DNA from: Minutocellus sp. GHC0000111
Lineage: Eukaryota
Assembly (NCBI GenBank): GCA_977018835.1
Contig: OZ361256.1
Location: forward strand, 7,006,001 to 7,070,000
DNA: 64,000 bases
Reading direction: 5' to 3'
Below, one piece after another: positions 34,561 through 46,420 of this stretch. The notes below the pieces were generated by a model. That model searched no databases, had not been told where the DNA came from, and saw only the letters and a list, made by a program, of their open reading frames with translations. The position numbers and the translations under genes were made by a program. Each line of letters begins with the position of its first letter. Within the stretch, counting starts at the first letter, position 1.

Positions 34561-35391
34561 GATTGTTGCATAAACTTATCCCAACACTATCTGTCTCTCC
34601 TCGGGCGCAAAACCATTGTCGGAATTCCGGGAGGTCGAGTGGGGATGCGATCGGTCGGGATCAGCGAGAGTCGGTCATACGGGGGGTGCGGCGCAATCCC
34701 GGCAGTTTATCATCAACAACAACGTGGGAAAGTACCAGAGGGTCTGGGGCATCACAACGGGAGCACGACGAGCACAAAGACGGAGCAATGGCACCACCCC
34801 AGAGAAACGAACGGCCGACAGATGGAGGAAAAGCAGGCCGATGGTTCGTGGCGTTGATACGCAGCGGAGGCCAATCTGAGGACACAGTAAGCTTCAACTA
34901 TATCCAAACATGATAATGAATGCGTATTTGGTACGAAAATATAGTTATACGCCGGCGCAACGCCGACGGACCACCATGGTGTTGGACGGTCAAAGAATGG
35001 GTGACGAACGAGATTGGGTTTTGGTGGGTTTCTTCGTGACGTGTTCGTCTTCTGCCGAAAAACGCTTCATCCGACCGGCGAAACAAGACGAGATGGGGCT
35101 GTGCAAAGTCTCATTTTCGCTCCATTTATCCACTGACTTGGCAATGAACACCAGCAGACGCACCTACCGTGGTCAAAATAGGCCGACGGATGGCAACATT
35201 CCGCATTCATTGTCGCGGAGGAACAGAGCTTTGCGCTCGGAGGCACGGCAGAGGTCAAATGCATTGGCGGCGGATCGTCGGCAGCGCGCGATGGTGCCAG
35301 TAGTGACTCGGGCCAGAGTGACGATCGTAGCATCGATGATGATGACTGCCACCTCCATGTCGAGGGCAGCCTCGATGTCGCCGATTCTAGC

Positions 35392-36039
35392 ATGGTCCAC
35401 GCAGAGAAATGTGAACAGGGACAAAGTGACTCGCTCGTGTCGTCACTGGAAAGCGATGTGGGTGTTGAGGATGGCAGCATGTGTAATGACCTGAGCGATG
35501 AGATCAAACACGTCAAGCGACGGCTTCGCAACGTCCAGGAATCGATTCAAACATCGACGTCCATCGTCAATCCAGTGACGTGGGAACAGAACTGTCTGAA
35601 TGCTGTTGCAAACTGCATCAATGAATGGAGAAGTATTGTGGTGCGATATTTCCGGGACGGCGATGTGCAGCTTAATGAAGAAACAATGCTTGTCGGGAAG
35701 GAGATGTCATTAGCTGTTTTTGGTTTGCTTCAACTCACGATGCAATCTGGTCCTTTGACGGGGTCGAATCCAGGATACTTCAAACGATGTGGAGGAGACG
35801 TAGCTCGAGCTGCATTCAAACTTTTGGAATCGGATGTATTGACAAGCGGCGACCTTTCTTCAACGCTTTTGTTTTCGGAGAAGCAAGTTGATGTCATTGG
35901 CAAATGGAGAAAGAATGCGGCAAAAGCCGCAGAGAACAACAAGCCTCCATCCAAGTCCATGCTCAAGTTACAACAAGGAAAGGGCAAGGCAAGGGCCAAG
36001 AAAGAAAAGAAGGTGGCAAATACCAAGCGGTCGCGGTAG
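35392..36039 (+). CDS. Hypothetical protein (5' end uncertain)
   Basis: Ordered-looking core NCLNAVANCINEW...QSGPLTGSNPGYFKRCGG with a Lys-rich tail. Confidence 0.6.
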   Translation: MVHAEKCEQGQSDSLVSSLESDVGVEDGSMCNDLSDEIKHVKRRLRNVQESIQTSTSIVNPVTWEQNCLNAVANCINEWRSIVVRYFRDGDVQLNEETMLVGKEMSLAVFGLLQLTMQSGPLTGSNPGYFKRCGGDVARAAFKLLESDVLTSGDLSSTLLFSEKQVDVIGKWRKNAAKAAENNKPPSKSMLKLQQGKGKARAKKEKKVANTKRSR

Positions 36040-36152
36040 TGCCGGCTTTCGTAGAACCATAGGAAAATATCTGCTAATAATAATTACACGAGCATAGATG
36101 GTGTGCAATTAATCGATCACTTTTTTACTCCTTTTTATCTGCTAGCTACTAG

Positions 36153-37810
36153 CTACGTATTACCGATACCGACGAGTGTCTCTCGCGCCCATCGCAAGAT
36201 AAGGTCAACACGTTCAGCTTCTGTTGAGATCAGGTCAAGTGCAGCGTCAGTCAGCCTGCATACCGAGTCTTCGATCAGTGTCGGATCATGTCGAAAAAGT
36301 GCCATGTTGACCGCAGACTGGTCCTCAATGAAAGCGTATAGATCACATAGTGAATTGTAAGCAGTTGCGAGCAGACGATACGAATTGGCATCTTTTGGGC
36401 GAGAAATAAGTTTTCTCCGCTCAAGGATGGCGAACGCATCAGCAACCTTCTGGGCGTCAACACTATTGTCGTCGTCACCAACACTATCATCGTCTTCTTC
36501 GGGCTCAAACGGTTGATTAGGGCGAAGTTTCATCCATGCCAACGACCAAATTGTCCGACGTACAAATCGAGGTAGACGTTCCTCTACGTCATCGGCAACT
36601 TCGTGAAGTGCCATGCCCTTGATACCATCGATTCCCAATAATCTCTTCTTCAAGAAAGTGGCATGAATTTTGGCCACTGGTGATACGAATACCGCAGCAC
36701 TAATCTTTTTCTTTCGCGTGCCGTTATCTTTGACTTTGTTCTCTTCGCCTGTGTTGTCAGTATCACTTCCACTTGAACCACTTTGTGATCCCAAGACTAT
36801 CCCATTCGACGCAAAAAGAGTTTCGCCGGACCTTTTCAATGCCTGGTCTGCTCCAGGAGTCGATTCGAATTGAACAAATACTCGAAAGTTAGATGGGTAT
36901 CTCTTCACAATCGGCCAATTTGTGTCTGCTCGACGCTTCTTTCCTTTACCACTTGCAAGACCTTGTGCTCCTTCGTCGATATCAATGCAATCCCATCCAT
37001 CAATTCCATGTTGGTAGGAGGCCAAGACAAATATCTTCACAGTGTCGAGACCTTTGAAGAATCGTCTTATCTCTTCAGGCTTGCACCCATAAGGGAGGCC
37101 ATGAACTCGAACTAGATTGGATCTGCCTTCCATGTTTACCGAGGTTGCATCTGGCAACCATAGATCCAAAATTGTGTCGTTCTGGTCATCCTTCTGCGTG
37201 GCATTTTCCGCTACTAGTACAGATGCCGCTGCTTTCGCTGGGCGTCTTCTTCTCTTCCGAGCAGGTTCCGTCAGCAAGATACCCTTGGTGCTCCTGCTCT
37301 TGATTTTCTTCTGCGCGTCCCCATTCGTACCCGCTGCGCCAGGAACTTTTTGCATTAGCAAGTCCTGCCCCTCCGCGTCGTCATCTATCCTTTGGATTTC
37401 CTTCCGCTTCGACTTCTCTTCCTCCAGACGCAACCGTGCCTTCCGTCCCGCCTCACGTACATCTGGTGCCAGTGATAATGCCTTGGTCGACTTATTGGAG
37501 GGGTGAACAGGAGCAACATTCTTTCCTTTTTTTTGCCAGTCGCAGATGTGGCTGCCATCTTCCTCTCGTCTTCGGATTTATCAGACGCATCTACTACAAC
37601 TGAATCTTTTCCATCGTCGCGTGCACCTGTGGCAGCTGCTGGAACATCTCCAAAGATCGATTCCAACATATCGTGCTCTACCTCCGACGCATTGCCGTCG
37701 TCGGAGGAAGAATCTGCTTCTCCGTCGTCCGACTCCTCCCCTGATTTTTCAGATCCAGATGCGATATCAAAAAAGCTATCAGGGATGGTTTCATCGTCAG
37801 CTTCGCTCAT
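36153..37810 (-). CDS. RRM-containing protein, apparent homopolymer frameshift at ~37530
   Basis: LVRVHGLPYGCKPEEIRRFFKGL and VFVQFES (quasi-RRM-like). The acidic N-terminal ORF joins this frame if one base is added to the A8 run. Confidence 0.7.
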
Positions 37811-38153
37811 CCTTGGACAAAGCCAAAGGCTGCAACCTCGCAAGCTACAAGTATCAACGATAGTACGCTGTACCCGGGGCCAACACTTCGTAGATGGCGC
37901 AGAGCCAACGATTTGATACTTAGTTTAGTACCCAAGGCAAGGCTCCGCAAGTCCGAGCAGCAGCAGCAGCGGCAGCTACTAGCCTAAGTAGGCCTACGTA
38001 GGCCTACGTAGGCTACGTTGCATACCGGTTAGACGACGGCCAGACGTAAATGCTCGAGATAGTTGAACAAACAAAACGACGGCAAAGGTACCGACCGCTC
38101 GAGAGGGATACGCTCTGTACCACCTCGTTTGCTTCCAGCAACAAGCGCAAAAC

Positions 38154-39020
38154 ATGGCAAAGAAGAAGAAGAGCAAGGTAGTGGATGCTGAGCCCGTGGA
38201 GGAGTCGGCTGGCGCCACGGCCACCGCATCGGCAACTCCCGACGCCGACGATGCCCCGGAGGCCGACGATGCCTCCAGCACAGAGGTGGAACTGCTGCAG
38301 GTAGATGTCGGAGATGTGATCAAACTGAAGCAGGTACTCGACGAGACCGTAGCGGCCTCCCTCCTCGATCCCGATGGTCCCGCCCTGGCCGAGGATCAGA
38401 GGTCGGACAACATCAAGCTCTTCATCATGGTGCTGGCCTGCTCCTTCGCCTTCGTGGCGCAGTTCGCTCCCCTGCCCTTCCCGGAGTCACGGCCGGTCCT
38501 CGGCCTTTGCTGCACGGCCTACTTCATCCTCAGCGGCATCCTCCAGCTGGTGACGACCTTCTACGATCGGGACTCCATCATGGCAACGAAGCCCGTGGAG
38601 AAGGCCAAGTACCCGTCGAAGAATGGTGACGTGGAGAAGTATGGCATCCGAGTTCGGACCCAGCTGCCACGCTTTTCGGAGTACTACACGGTTATTCTGG
38701 AGTTCCAGCGATACGATGGTGGCAAGGGCAAGGGTAGTGCAGGTGCCACTGCAGTCCCTGGACCATATGTGTCCAAAACATGGAGTGTCGGTAACTTCTT
38801 CGACGTGGATGGCTTCTTTGCTGAGGACATTTTGATGGACGAGGTGGAGAAGGTGTATGATACATTCTGCCAGGGCAAGTTTGGCAAGCCCGAAGATTAT
38901 GACGATGGAAAGCGTGGCATCCTCCATCTGCTTGGCTTTGAGGGCCTTGAGGAGGGCCTTGAGGAGTCTTTGTTTGGCAAGAACAAGAAGAGCGGAGCTG
39001 CCAAGCTCAAGAAGCAGTAA
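38154..39020 (+). CDS. SPCS2: Signal peptidase complex subunit 2 (SPC25)
   Basis: LKQVLDE, DNIKLFIMVLAC, two TM helices, LPRFSEYY and SVGNFFDVDG. Confidence 0.88.
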   Translation: MAKKKKSKVVDAEPVEESAGATATASATPDADDAPEADDASSTEVELLQVDVGDVIKLKQVLDETVAASLLDPDGPALAEDQRSDNIKLFIMVLACSFAFVAQFAPLPFPESRPVLGLCCTAYFILSGILQLVTTFYDRDSIMATKPVEKAKYPSKNGDVEKYGIRVRTQLPRFSEYYTVILEFQRYDGGKGKGSAGATAVPGPYVSKTWSVGNFFDVDGFFAEDILMDEVEKVYDTFCQGKFGKPEDYDDGKRGILHLLGFEGLEEGLEESLFGKNKKSGAAKLKKQ

Positions 39021-39068
39021 ATTAAAATGATAAAAAAGCACACTCCGAATGAAAAATGTTGAACGAAG

Positions 39069-40652
39069 TTATTTTTTACATAAGGCATTATTGCAGCACT
39101 CCAAGGCTCGACGGATACAGTCAATTATTGTAACTTCGTCAATACATGACTTGTCGAAACTCTGGCTGTAGAAAGTAATTATTCCTAGTCTCGCAATGGC
39201 CTCGAGAAATTCACAAAAAGCCAAACCTTCATCGCTGACCACATCATCATTCCGAGACAATGCAAAAGATTTTCGTACGTCAAGAGGTGTGCAAGTAGTT
39301 GCCATCGAGCGACCATTTCCTCCGTTGGCTTCAGCAGCACTGTCCAGAAAATTAGCGTCACGGGCAAACGAAAGAAAATTGGCTCCTGACATGGTACCAG
39401 AAATGTCGCTACATGTACCATGAGTATTTTTTGTAGTTCTGCTTTCAAAGGATGCATTGAGATCTTTGCCATCTTTGTTGGCATAAGTATCAAATATCTC
39501 CACGAGTGTCTCAAGATGTTCATAAAATAAAAGCATTGCTTCCTTCGATGCAAGTGCCTGCTTTACCCTGGCAACTGGCATAGCTGCAAGTACAGGCCAG
39601 AGGTTCTCATCGTAGAGCAATTTTAACGCCTCGGACGGAGAAGGCGTGGTTGCATGGGATATCGCCTTCGAATGACCCTTACGTCGAAGCATACTCTGTT
39701 CTCTGCGCCTGAGGGCAATGAATTTGTACGAAGATATTTTGATAAGCGAGAGAAAGAACTCCACCCGATCTAGCTCCTTCTCGATACCAGTTCCTGCAAC
39801 TTTGCCTCGGCCTCGGAAGGAACTCTCGACAAATAATTTTTGCATTACCGCGCTGCTCAGGGAGATCTTACAGTCAAATAGAAGTTTGCTGAACTCGATA
39901 AATTCCAACGTCTGGTGGCTACCGTTGTTTTCATTGTCCATATCTCCACCAGTGTTTACCACACTGAAATCCTTGTAAAGCTCGCAAAGAGCTTGGTAGT
40001 TCTGAACGAATATCTCGCAACATTTTGCCTTTTCCTCTTCTCCCTTGACAATATTATCAATCTTTCCACTGCCGACAATGAGAGACCATTCCCTGCGCGC
40101 GGATGCTTCCATTTCCTCCTGGTCCAGTAGCTGCTTCTCCAGAATCGTTGTAATACAAGCGATACGTGGTCGCTCCCAGCTGAGACGGCGCTCCAATGCC
40201 AATTCTTCTCTCTGTTGACGCTCCTGTTCAAGTTGCGCCATCTTGTCCTTGATCAATCGATCTCGATCATTGGCATTGGCTTCGCTTATGCCAAAGCAAA
40301 TGCTCGACCAAATGGAAAAATTCGGTTGGTAATATTCGTCGAGCGGCAGGGGTTTTGAGCTGTAGAGCTCCACAATAATGTTGTCTCCATCAGCGAGATG
40401 ATCCTTTATCAGTGCATCAGGATGAAAGAAACTTATGGTGTCGGTGTAGATATCCTTTGGCCTCAGGCGATACTTTGAGATTAGATGTTTGTGTCCAACC
40501 AGATGATTGTGTTTCAGCAGAGATGACGATTGCTCCGCCAAGTGCTCCGATGCCGCCAACGCGAGCCATTTGAAGTTGTGGTCTCCCTTGCCCACCGGAA
40601 TGGGTATCGTTGTGACCTTGTCATCGCTCTTTAGTGTGGCATTGAGTATCAT
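39069..40652 (-). CDS. Hypothetical protein with degenerate EF-hand-like helices
   Basis: 527-aa ORF with LEFIEFSKLL, LDRVEFFLSLIKIS and LAFCEFLEAIARLG. Confidence 0.7.
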   Translation of the reverse strand: MILNATLKSDDKVTTIPIPVGKGDHNFKWLALAASEHLAEQSSSLLKHNHLVGHKHLISKYRLRPKDIYTDTISFFHPDALIKDHLADGDNIIVELYSSKPLPLDEYYQPNFSIWSSICFGISEANANDRDRLIKDKMAQLEQERQQREELALERRLSWERPRIACITTILEKQLLDQEEMEASARREWSLIVGSGKIDNIVKGEEEKAKCCEIFVQNYQALCELYKDFSVVNTGGDMDNENNGSHQTLEFIEFSKLLFDCKISLSSAVMQKLFVESSFRGRGKVAGTGIEKELDRVEFFLSLIKISSYKFIALRRREQSMLRRKGHSKAISHATTPSPSEALKLLYDENLWPVLAAMPVARVKQALASKEAMLLFYEHLETLVEIFDTYANKDGKDLNASFESRTTKNTHGTCSDISGTMSGANFLSFARDANFLDSAAEANGGNGRSMATTCTPLDVRKSFALSRNDDVVSDEGLAFCEFLEAIARLGIITFYSQSFDKSCIDEVTIIDCIRRALECCNNALCKK

Positions 40653-40823
40653 GGCCGACAGCTATAAAGTGCTGTTGTTCCTGTGGGTACCGCTACCGGG
40701 TCTGTCTCCATGCCATGCAATGGCAGTAGGAATTCCTACTTGACACGTCGCGATCGCACCTTTTGCGTGGCACGAAACCTAAACCTTCAACATCCTCTCT
40801 CGTCTCATCTCATCAATCGCCAT

Positions 40824-41523
40824 TTATTTCAAGAATGACGCAATCCACTTAAAGGCATCCTGATAACCCTCCCCCCTCAAGACGCTTATGCGAAACATGT
40901 TCATCTTATCGTCACCGTGGCGCATGGACAATTCCTCGAACCCAATCGCAGCGGCAATCGCATCGGAGGACTGGGCCGTGTCAAGATCGCACTTGTTCAG
41001 CATGATGGCAATGGGGATGCCTTCTACCGCCCCCTTGGCAACGAGTGCATCCAGTTCATCGCATACCTCCTCGAACCGGGCCGAATCGGAGGAGTCGATC
41101 AGAAACACAACGGCGTTGCAATCGCATGCGTAATCTTCCCACAGATGCCGCACGGCTTCGTGTCCACCCAGGTCCCTGCACGGTGCGGTGCGTACGAGGG
41201 AGGGAGGTAAAAGCAAAGATTTCAAGATTAGTTGGACAAAAAATAATTACACATAATGGCCCGGTCGTGTAGTGTCAGATAGCTGCGAAAAGTACTCACC
41301 ATGCCTGGAATGTAACGCCACCCTCGACTGCAAAGGTTTCGCGGTTGGGCCGATCGGTCGGCGGAAAGTGCTGGACAGTGCCAGTGCGTAGTCGATGAAG
41401 TAAGGTCGTTTTACCAGCATTGTCCAAACCAAGGAGGAGGATGGTTCCCTTCTTCTCGGATAGCCCGAGAGATGCCAGAAGGGAGGAGAGGAGGGAGGAA
41501 AGCCAGGAGAGGATACCACTCAT
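40824..41523 (-). CDS. SAR1: Sar1-family small GTPase (intron 41176-41299)
   Basis: LLGLDNAGKTT, spliced W|DLGGH, LNKCD and GYQDAFKWI. Intron GTGAGT...TGCAG. Confidence 0.9.
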
Positions 41524-41767
41524 CGTTGCTTGCTACCTAAGGTATGCTGCTTGTACCACCGGCACCGCGCTACCGAGCGCACGAGAGGCGTACGTAGGAA
41601 CGTAGGCCTAGCACGTAGGCCTACATGTACGTAGAGGGCTTGAGTTTCCGATTGACGTCGCATTGACTTCTCTCGCCGTACTATTTCGGCTAACGCTACG
41701 GCTGTGCCAAAAGTTCCTCTCATTTTTGAGCGATCTACCCCGCCCTTGCGTGCGTGTATCGATCACC

Positions 41768-44700
41768 ATGGCAACCGAGTTGACCAACACGCTGCAGGCG
41801 TGCCAGAGTCCGGGTAAGTCGTTTGGGATCGTCGGTGTCAACGGAAAGCAGCAATAACCTCCTGCGCGTGGACTTCGCCCCTTCCCCGACCATTTTTTTT
41901 TCTGTGGCCAAAAATTGCCTCCGTAGATTTCGTACTGGTTCCTACGTGGAAGAATTGTGGTGATGGTAATTGAGCAATCGATCCGAGGGAGGGATGATGC
42001 GGTGGGGGGGGGGGCAGTATATAACAAAAAAACACAGTGGCATAAAGGTTTCCCTGCCAATGTGCCGTTCTATTCTCCGATGAATCAGCCGTTTTTTCCA
42101 CAGTTTGCATCAAAACTCTCGATTGGACCGAGAAGTAAATTGTGCCGTCATTTATGCCTTTGCTAATGGCTGGTCCCTCACCCTCAAATCTCTTACCTGC
42201 CTACTGATTTCTCAATACCCACAGACCTTGCGGTCCGTACTCAGGCCGAGCAGGCCCTGGCGCAAGCCGAGCAGCAGGACTTCCTCAACTTTGCCGGCGC
42301 ACTGGCCACGGAGCTCGCTGGCGAGGACCGGCCCGCCGCCGTTCGGCAGCTGGCTGGCATCCACTTTAAGAATCTCCTGTATGCCAAGGACGAGGCCGTC
42401 CAAACCTCCAAGCACGACAAGTGGAAGACTCTGGACGGCGAGCCTCGGGCGGCCGTCAAGGCTTTGCTGTTGCAGGCCCTCCGCAGCGGGGAGCAGATTG
42501 CAAGGCATACGGCCGCGCAGGCGGCCGCCGAGGTGGCGGCCATCGAATTGCCCTACAACCAGTGGCCGGAATTCCTCTCCACCCTCCTGGCCAACGTCAC
42601 CGGCGATACCGGCGACGGCGTCAAGATTGCCACGTTGGAATGCCTGGGCTTCGCCTGCGAGCGGTTGGGTGAGATCGAGGCCGGTCCGCCCATCAACAAC
42701 GAGACCACCGACCAGATGCTCACGACCATCGTCGATGGCATCCGAGCCGACCGGCCCGACGCCATCCGCTGCGCCGCCGCCAATGCCCTGCGCAACTCCC
42801 TCCTCTTCACCCGCAAGAACATGGAAACTCCCGCCGAGCGCAACATGATCATGCAAACCATCTGCGAGGCCACCCAGTCCAAGGACACCAAGACCCGAAC
42901 GGCTGCCTACGAGTGCATCGTCCAGATCGCCTTCCAGTACTACAACAACCTGCACGACTACATGCAGACCATCTTCAAGCTGACGTTCGACACCATCCGG
43001 ACCGACCAGGAGATCGTGGCGCTCCAGGCCATCGAGTTCTGGTCGACCCTCTGCGAGGAGGAGCAGGAGCTCCTCGACGAGGCGGCCGATGCCGCCGAGC
43101 GGGGAGTCGCCGTCGATCCCGACCGGGTTTGCGTCAAGTACGTTGCCGCGGCATTGGAGCATTTGGCCCCCCTCCTCACCGAGACCATGTCCAAGCACCA
43201 GGACGACGTCGACATCGAGGAGGAGGAGTGGACTCTGGCCATGTCCGCCGCGACGTGCCTTCAGCTCGTTTCCGAGACCGTCGAGGACCTCGTCGTTCCT
43301 GTCATCATGCCATTCGTTCAGAACAACATCAAGAGCGAGAACTGGAAGCTTCGGGAGGCTGCAACCATGGCCTTTGGTTCCATCCTCACCGGACCGAATC
43401 CTGACACCATCGCCCCGTACGTCAACCAGAGCATCCCCGTCCTGCTCCAGGCTTTGTCGTCGGATCCCAACGTTATGGTGAAGGATACCACGGCGTGGGT
43501 CATTGGCAAGATCTGTGAAATGCACGTCCGATCGGTCCCCTCCGAGACCTTCCCCTCCCTCGTCAACACCCTCACCAGCAAGCTTCTCGGTGAGACTCCC
43601 CGCGTCGCCTCCCAGGCCTGCTTTGGCCTGCACGCCATTGCGGCCGCCTTTGCTGACGATCCTAATGCCAATGATACCAATGCCCTGTCCAGTTACATGG
43701 CCCAGCTCCTTCAAACACTTCTTCAGGTGGCTGACCGAGAAGATGCCGTCGAGGGCAACCTTCGTGTTGTTGCATTTGAGGCTGTCAGCATGCTCATCCA
43801 GGTTTCGGCTCCGGATGTCAAGCCCATCCTTATGCAGCTCCTCCCTGCCATCATCGATCGGCTTTCCAAGACTTTCGACATGCAGATTCTGTCGAACGAC
43901 GATAAGGAACACCAGGAGGGTCTCCAGGGTTTGCTGTGCGGCGTCATCCAGGTCTTGTGCCTGAAGGTGACCAAGGAGGACATCCTCCCCCACTCGAACA
44001 GTATCATGACGAATATCTTTCGAGTGCTCCAGACGAAGAACGCCACCTGCCACGAGGAGGCCTTCAGTGCGACAAGCGCCGTTGCCGATCAACTCGAGGG
44101 AGATTTTGACAAATACATGCAAGCATTGCAGCCCTTCCTCATCATGGGACTTCGTAATTTCGAGGCATACCATGTTTGTGTCGTTGCTGTCGGCCTCGTC
44201 GGTGATATCGCCCGGGCCATCGAGGGCAAGTTACAGCCCTACTGCGACGAGATTATGTCCGCTCTTCTCCAGTCCCTTCAGAACCAGAGCCTTCACCGCA
44301 GCGTGAAGCCTCCTGTCCTGTCTGCCTTCGGTGACATTGCGTTGGCCATTGGTGGAGCATTCGAGCCGTACCTGCAGGTATCGCTAATGATGCTTTTCCA
44401 GGCCTCGCAGACCAGAGCACCAGAGGACGATGATGAGTTAATAGAGTATGTCAACAGTCTGCGAGAGGGAATCCTCGAGGCCTACACTGGAATTGTTCAG
44501 GGAATGAAGGATGGCAACAAGGCGGCGGCTCTTATGCCGTATACTGAGGCCATCTTTGTTTTCCTTGAAGGTCTTTCGCAGGACCCGACGAGGGATATTG
44601 AAGTCTTGAGCAAGGCGGTCGGTTTGATTGGGTGAGTTTTACATTTTTTCGTTGCCTTTCTTTATTTTGTCGGATGACAATGCCTCTTATTTTTGCTCAT

Positions 44701-44912
44701 TGATTGCTAATTTGACTTGTATGCCTCATGAAATCTCCGCCTTCCTTCGCAGTGACGTTGCAAGTACCGTCGGCCCGGGCGTGAAGGAATACCTTCAAAG
44801 ACCCTCGATCGCTCAGCTCCTTCAGGACGGACATTCCACAGGGGATGAGACAATAATGGAAACCTGCACTTGGGCGAATGCTGTTGTTCAACAAGCACTT
44901 CAGGCGTCGTAA
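41768..44912 (+). CDS. KPNB1: Importin subunit beta-1 (introns 41814-42224, 44632-44752)
   Basis: IBN_N RQLAGIHFKN, QAIEFWSTLCEEE, REAATMAFGSIL, VKDTTAW and VKPPVLSAFGDIALAIG. Canonical GT-AG junctions restore the frame. Confidence 0.95.
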
Positions 44913-45624
44913 GCTTGTGTTCGTCGGATCCCAGATGGCTTTTGCCCTCTCTTTCAATTATGAAGGAGAGAGGCAAAAGCCATTTTGATCCGAATCATAT
45001 CTGAAAAGAATGAACAAGGCGATCGCTTGGATCCGTCGCGCTGTGAGTTCTTTTCTACCAAAAAGTTGGACGAGACACTCTCAAAATCGCCTGTATCAGT
45101 ACACCGTCACACACCCTTGCGATATTGAGATCTGTCCTATCCGATTTTTCAAGATACCAAAACCCACTGAAGGAAGAGGAGATGGAAAAGAGATATCGCC
45201 AAGAACTTACACAAACAACGATTGTTTCTGCAGTTCTAGTGACCTTATCTCTTTCGATTTTTCTCTTGAATTCGTTGGTCGGTCAAAGCTTGCGGGCCCC
45301 GCAAATTATTTCCTACTAGAGAATTTGCAGGGAGCAGCTTTGAACTGTTGGCTAACATTTATAATAATAGAATCGCTTTTGCTCGTCTATTAGATCTATC
45401 TAGAGTTACTCTACATGTCAGTGACTACATGTACCGGTAGATCTACGAGCACATGTAGGAGAGTTGCAACTGGGGCTTCGAACGCCATCCCTCGCAAACG
45501 CACGCCGGTCAGACGTCCATCACTTGAAAGCGCGCGGGCAGTCAAAGAACATGCATTGCTTGCTTCGAACTGGGCTGGGGTAACATGTTATGATGGATTC
45601 ATTCGCCCCAATAGATCACCCATT

Positions 45625-46137
45625 ATGAATTACGAACGTTACCCATGGCTTCGGTGCATCAGCGATGACTCTACCGCCGGCAACACAACTGCGCCGAAGT
45701 CACCAGCAGAACATTCTCATCTTCGAGATGAGGCCAAGGAACGCATTCAAGCTGCCCGAGAGCAACACCTCTCAACTGGAGCAGTTACCTTTCCACAATT
45801 CATCTCCCCGTCGGCATTGTCGTCCATACTGAGCAATTGCTGTGCAGCCAAAGAGGGTGCCTTTACGACAGATGACAAGCATACGCCACATCAGCTTGAC
45901 ATTGATCCAAGCTTCGACCCACCCAATTCGATTCGGAACTTTCAGATGAGGACTCAAGTGGCATCGATCGCTTACGATGAACTGCCAAAGGAGTCAAAGT
46001 TGGTGTCGCTGTACCGCAATCCAACCCTCTTGGCACTTGTTAAAGCCATCACTGGAGGTGACGACGGAGAAACCCTATATCTGTCGGAGGATCCAATTGG
46101 CGTGTGCACCATCAATGTCTTCAGACCATCGTATGGT
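45625..46137 (+). CDS. 5' part of a putative Fe(II)/2OG oxygenase-like gene, interrupted before the gap
   Basis: GAVTFPQFI, SIAYDEL, LVSLYRNP and LYLSEDPIGVCTINVF resemble the region upstream of the HxD motif in ArpA/BesD-like oxygenases. The HxD itself is not seen. Confidence 0.5.
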
Positions 46138-46220
46138 TGTTGGGTTATGAGTCCACAACTCTCAGGAAAAATCCGCAGTTGTGAGGCTGAGGCAGTCTCG
46201 TCTCCACCAGCCTCCGCGCT

Positions 46221-46420
46221 NNNNNNNNNNNNNNNNNNNNNNNNNNNNNNNNNNNNNNNNNNNNNNNNNNNNNNNNNNNNNNNNNNNNNNNNNNNNNNNN
46301 NNNNNNNNNNNNNNNNNNNNNNNNNNNNNNNNNNNNNNNNNNNNNNNNNNNNNNNNNNNNNNNNNNNNNNNNNNNNNNNNNNNNNNNNNNNNNNNNNNNN
46401 NNNNNNNNNNNNNNNNNNNN
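46221..46420. other. Assembly gap (200 N)
   Basis: Run of N. Confidence 1.

Noticed and set aside
42212..44173. 653-aa antisense ORF (and similar ones at 25862-26920, 46162-47829, 20627-21517)
   Set aside because: Shadow frames of GC3-rich genes with no motifs of their own.
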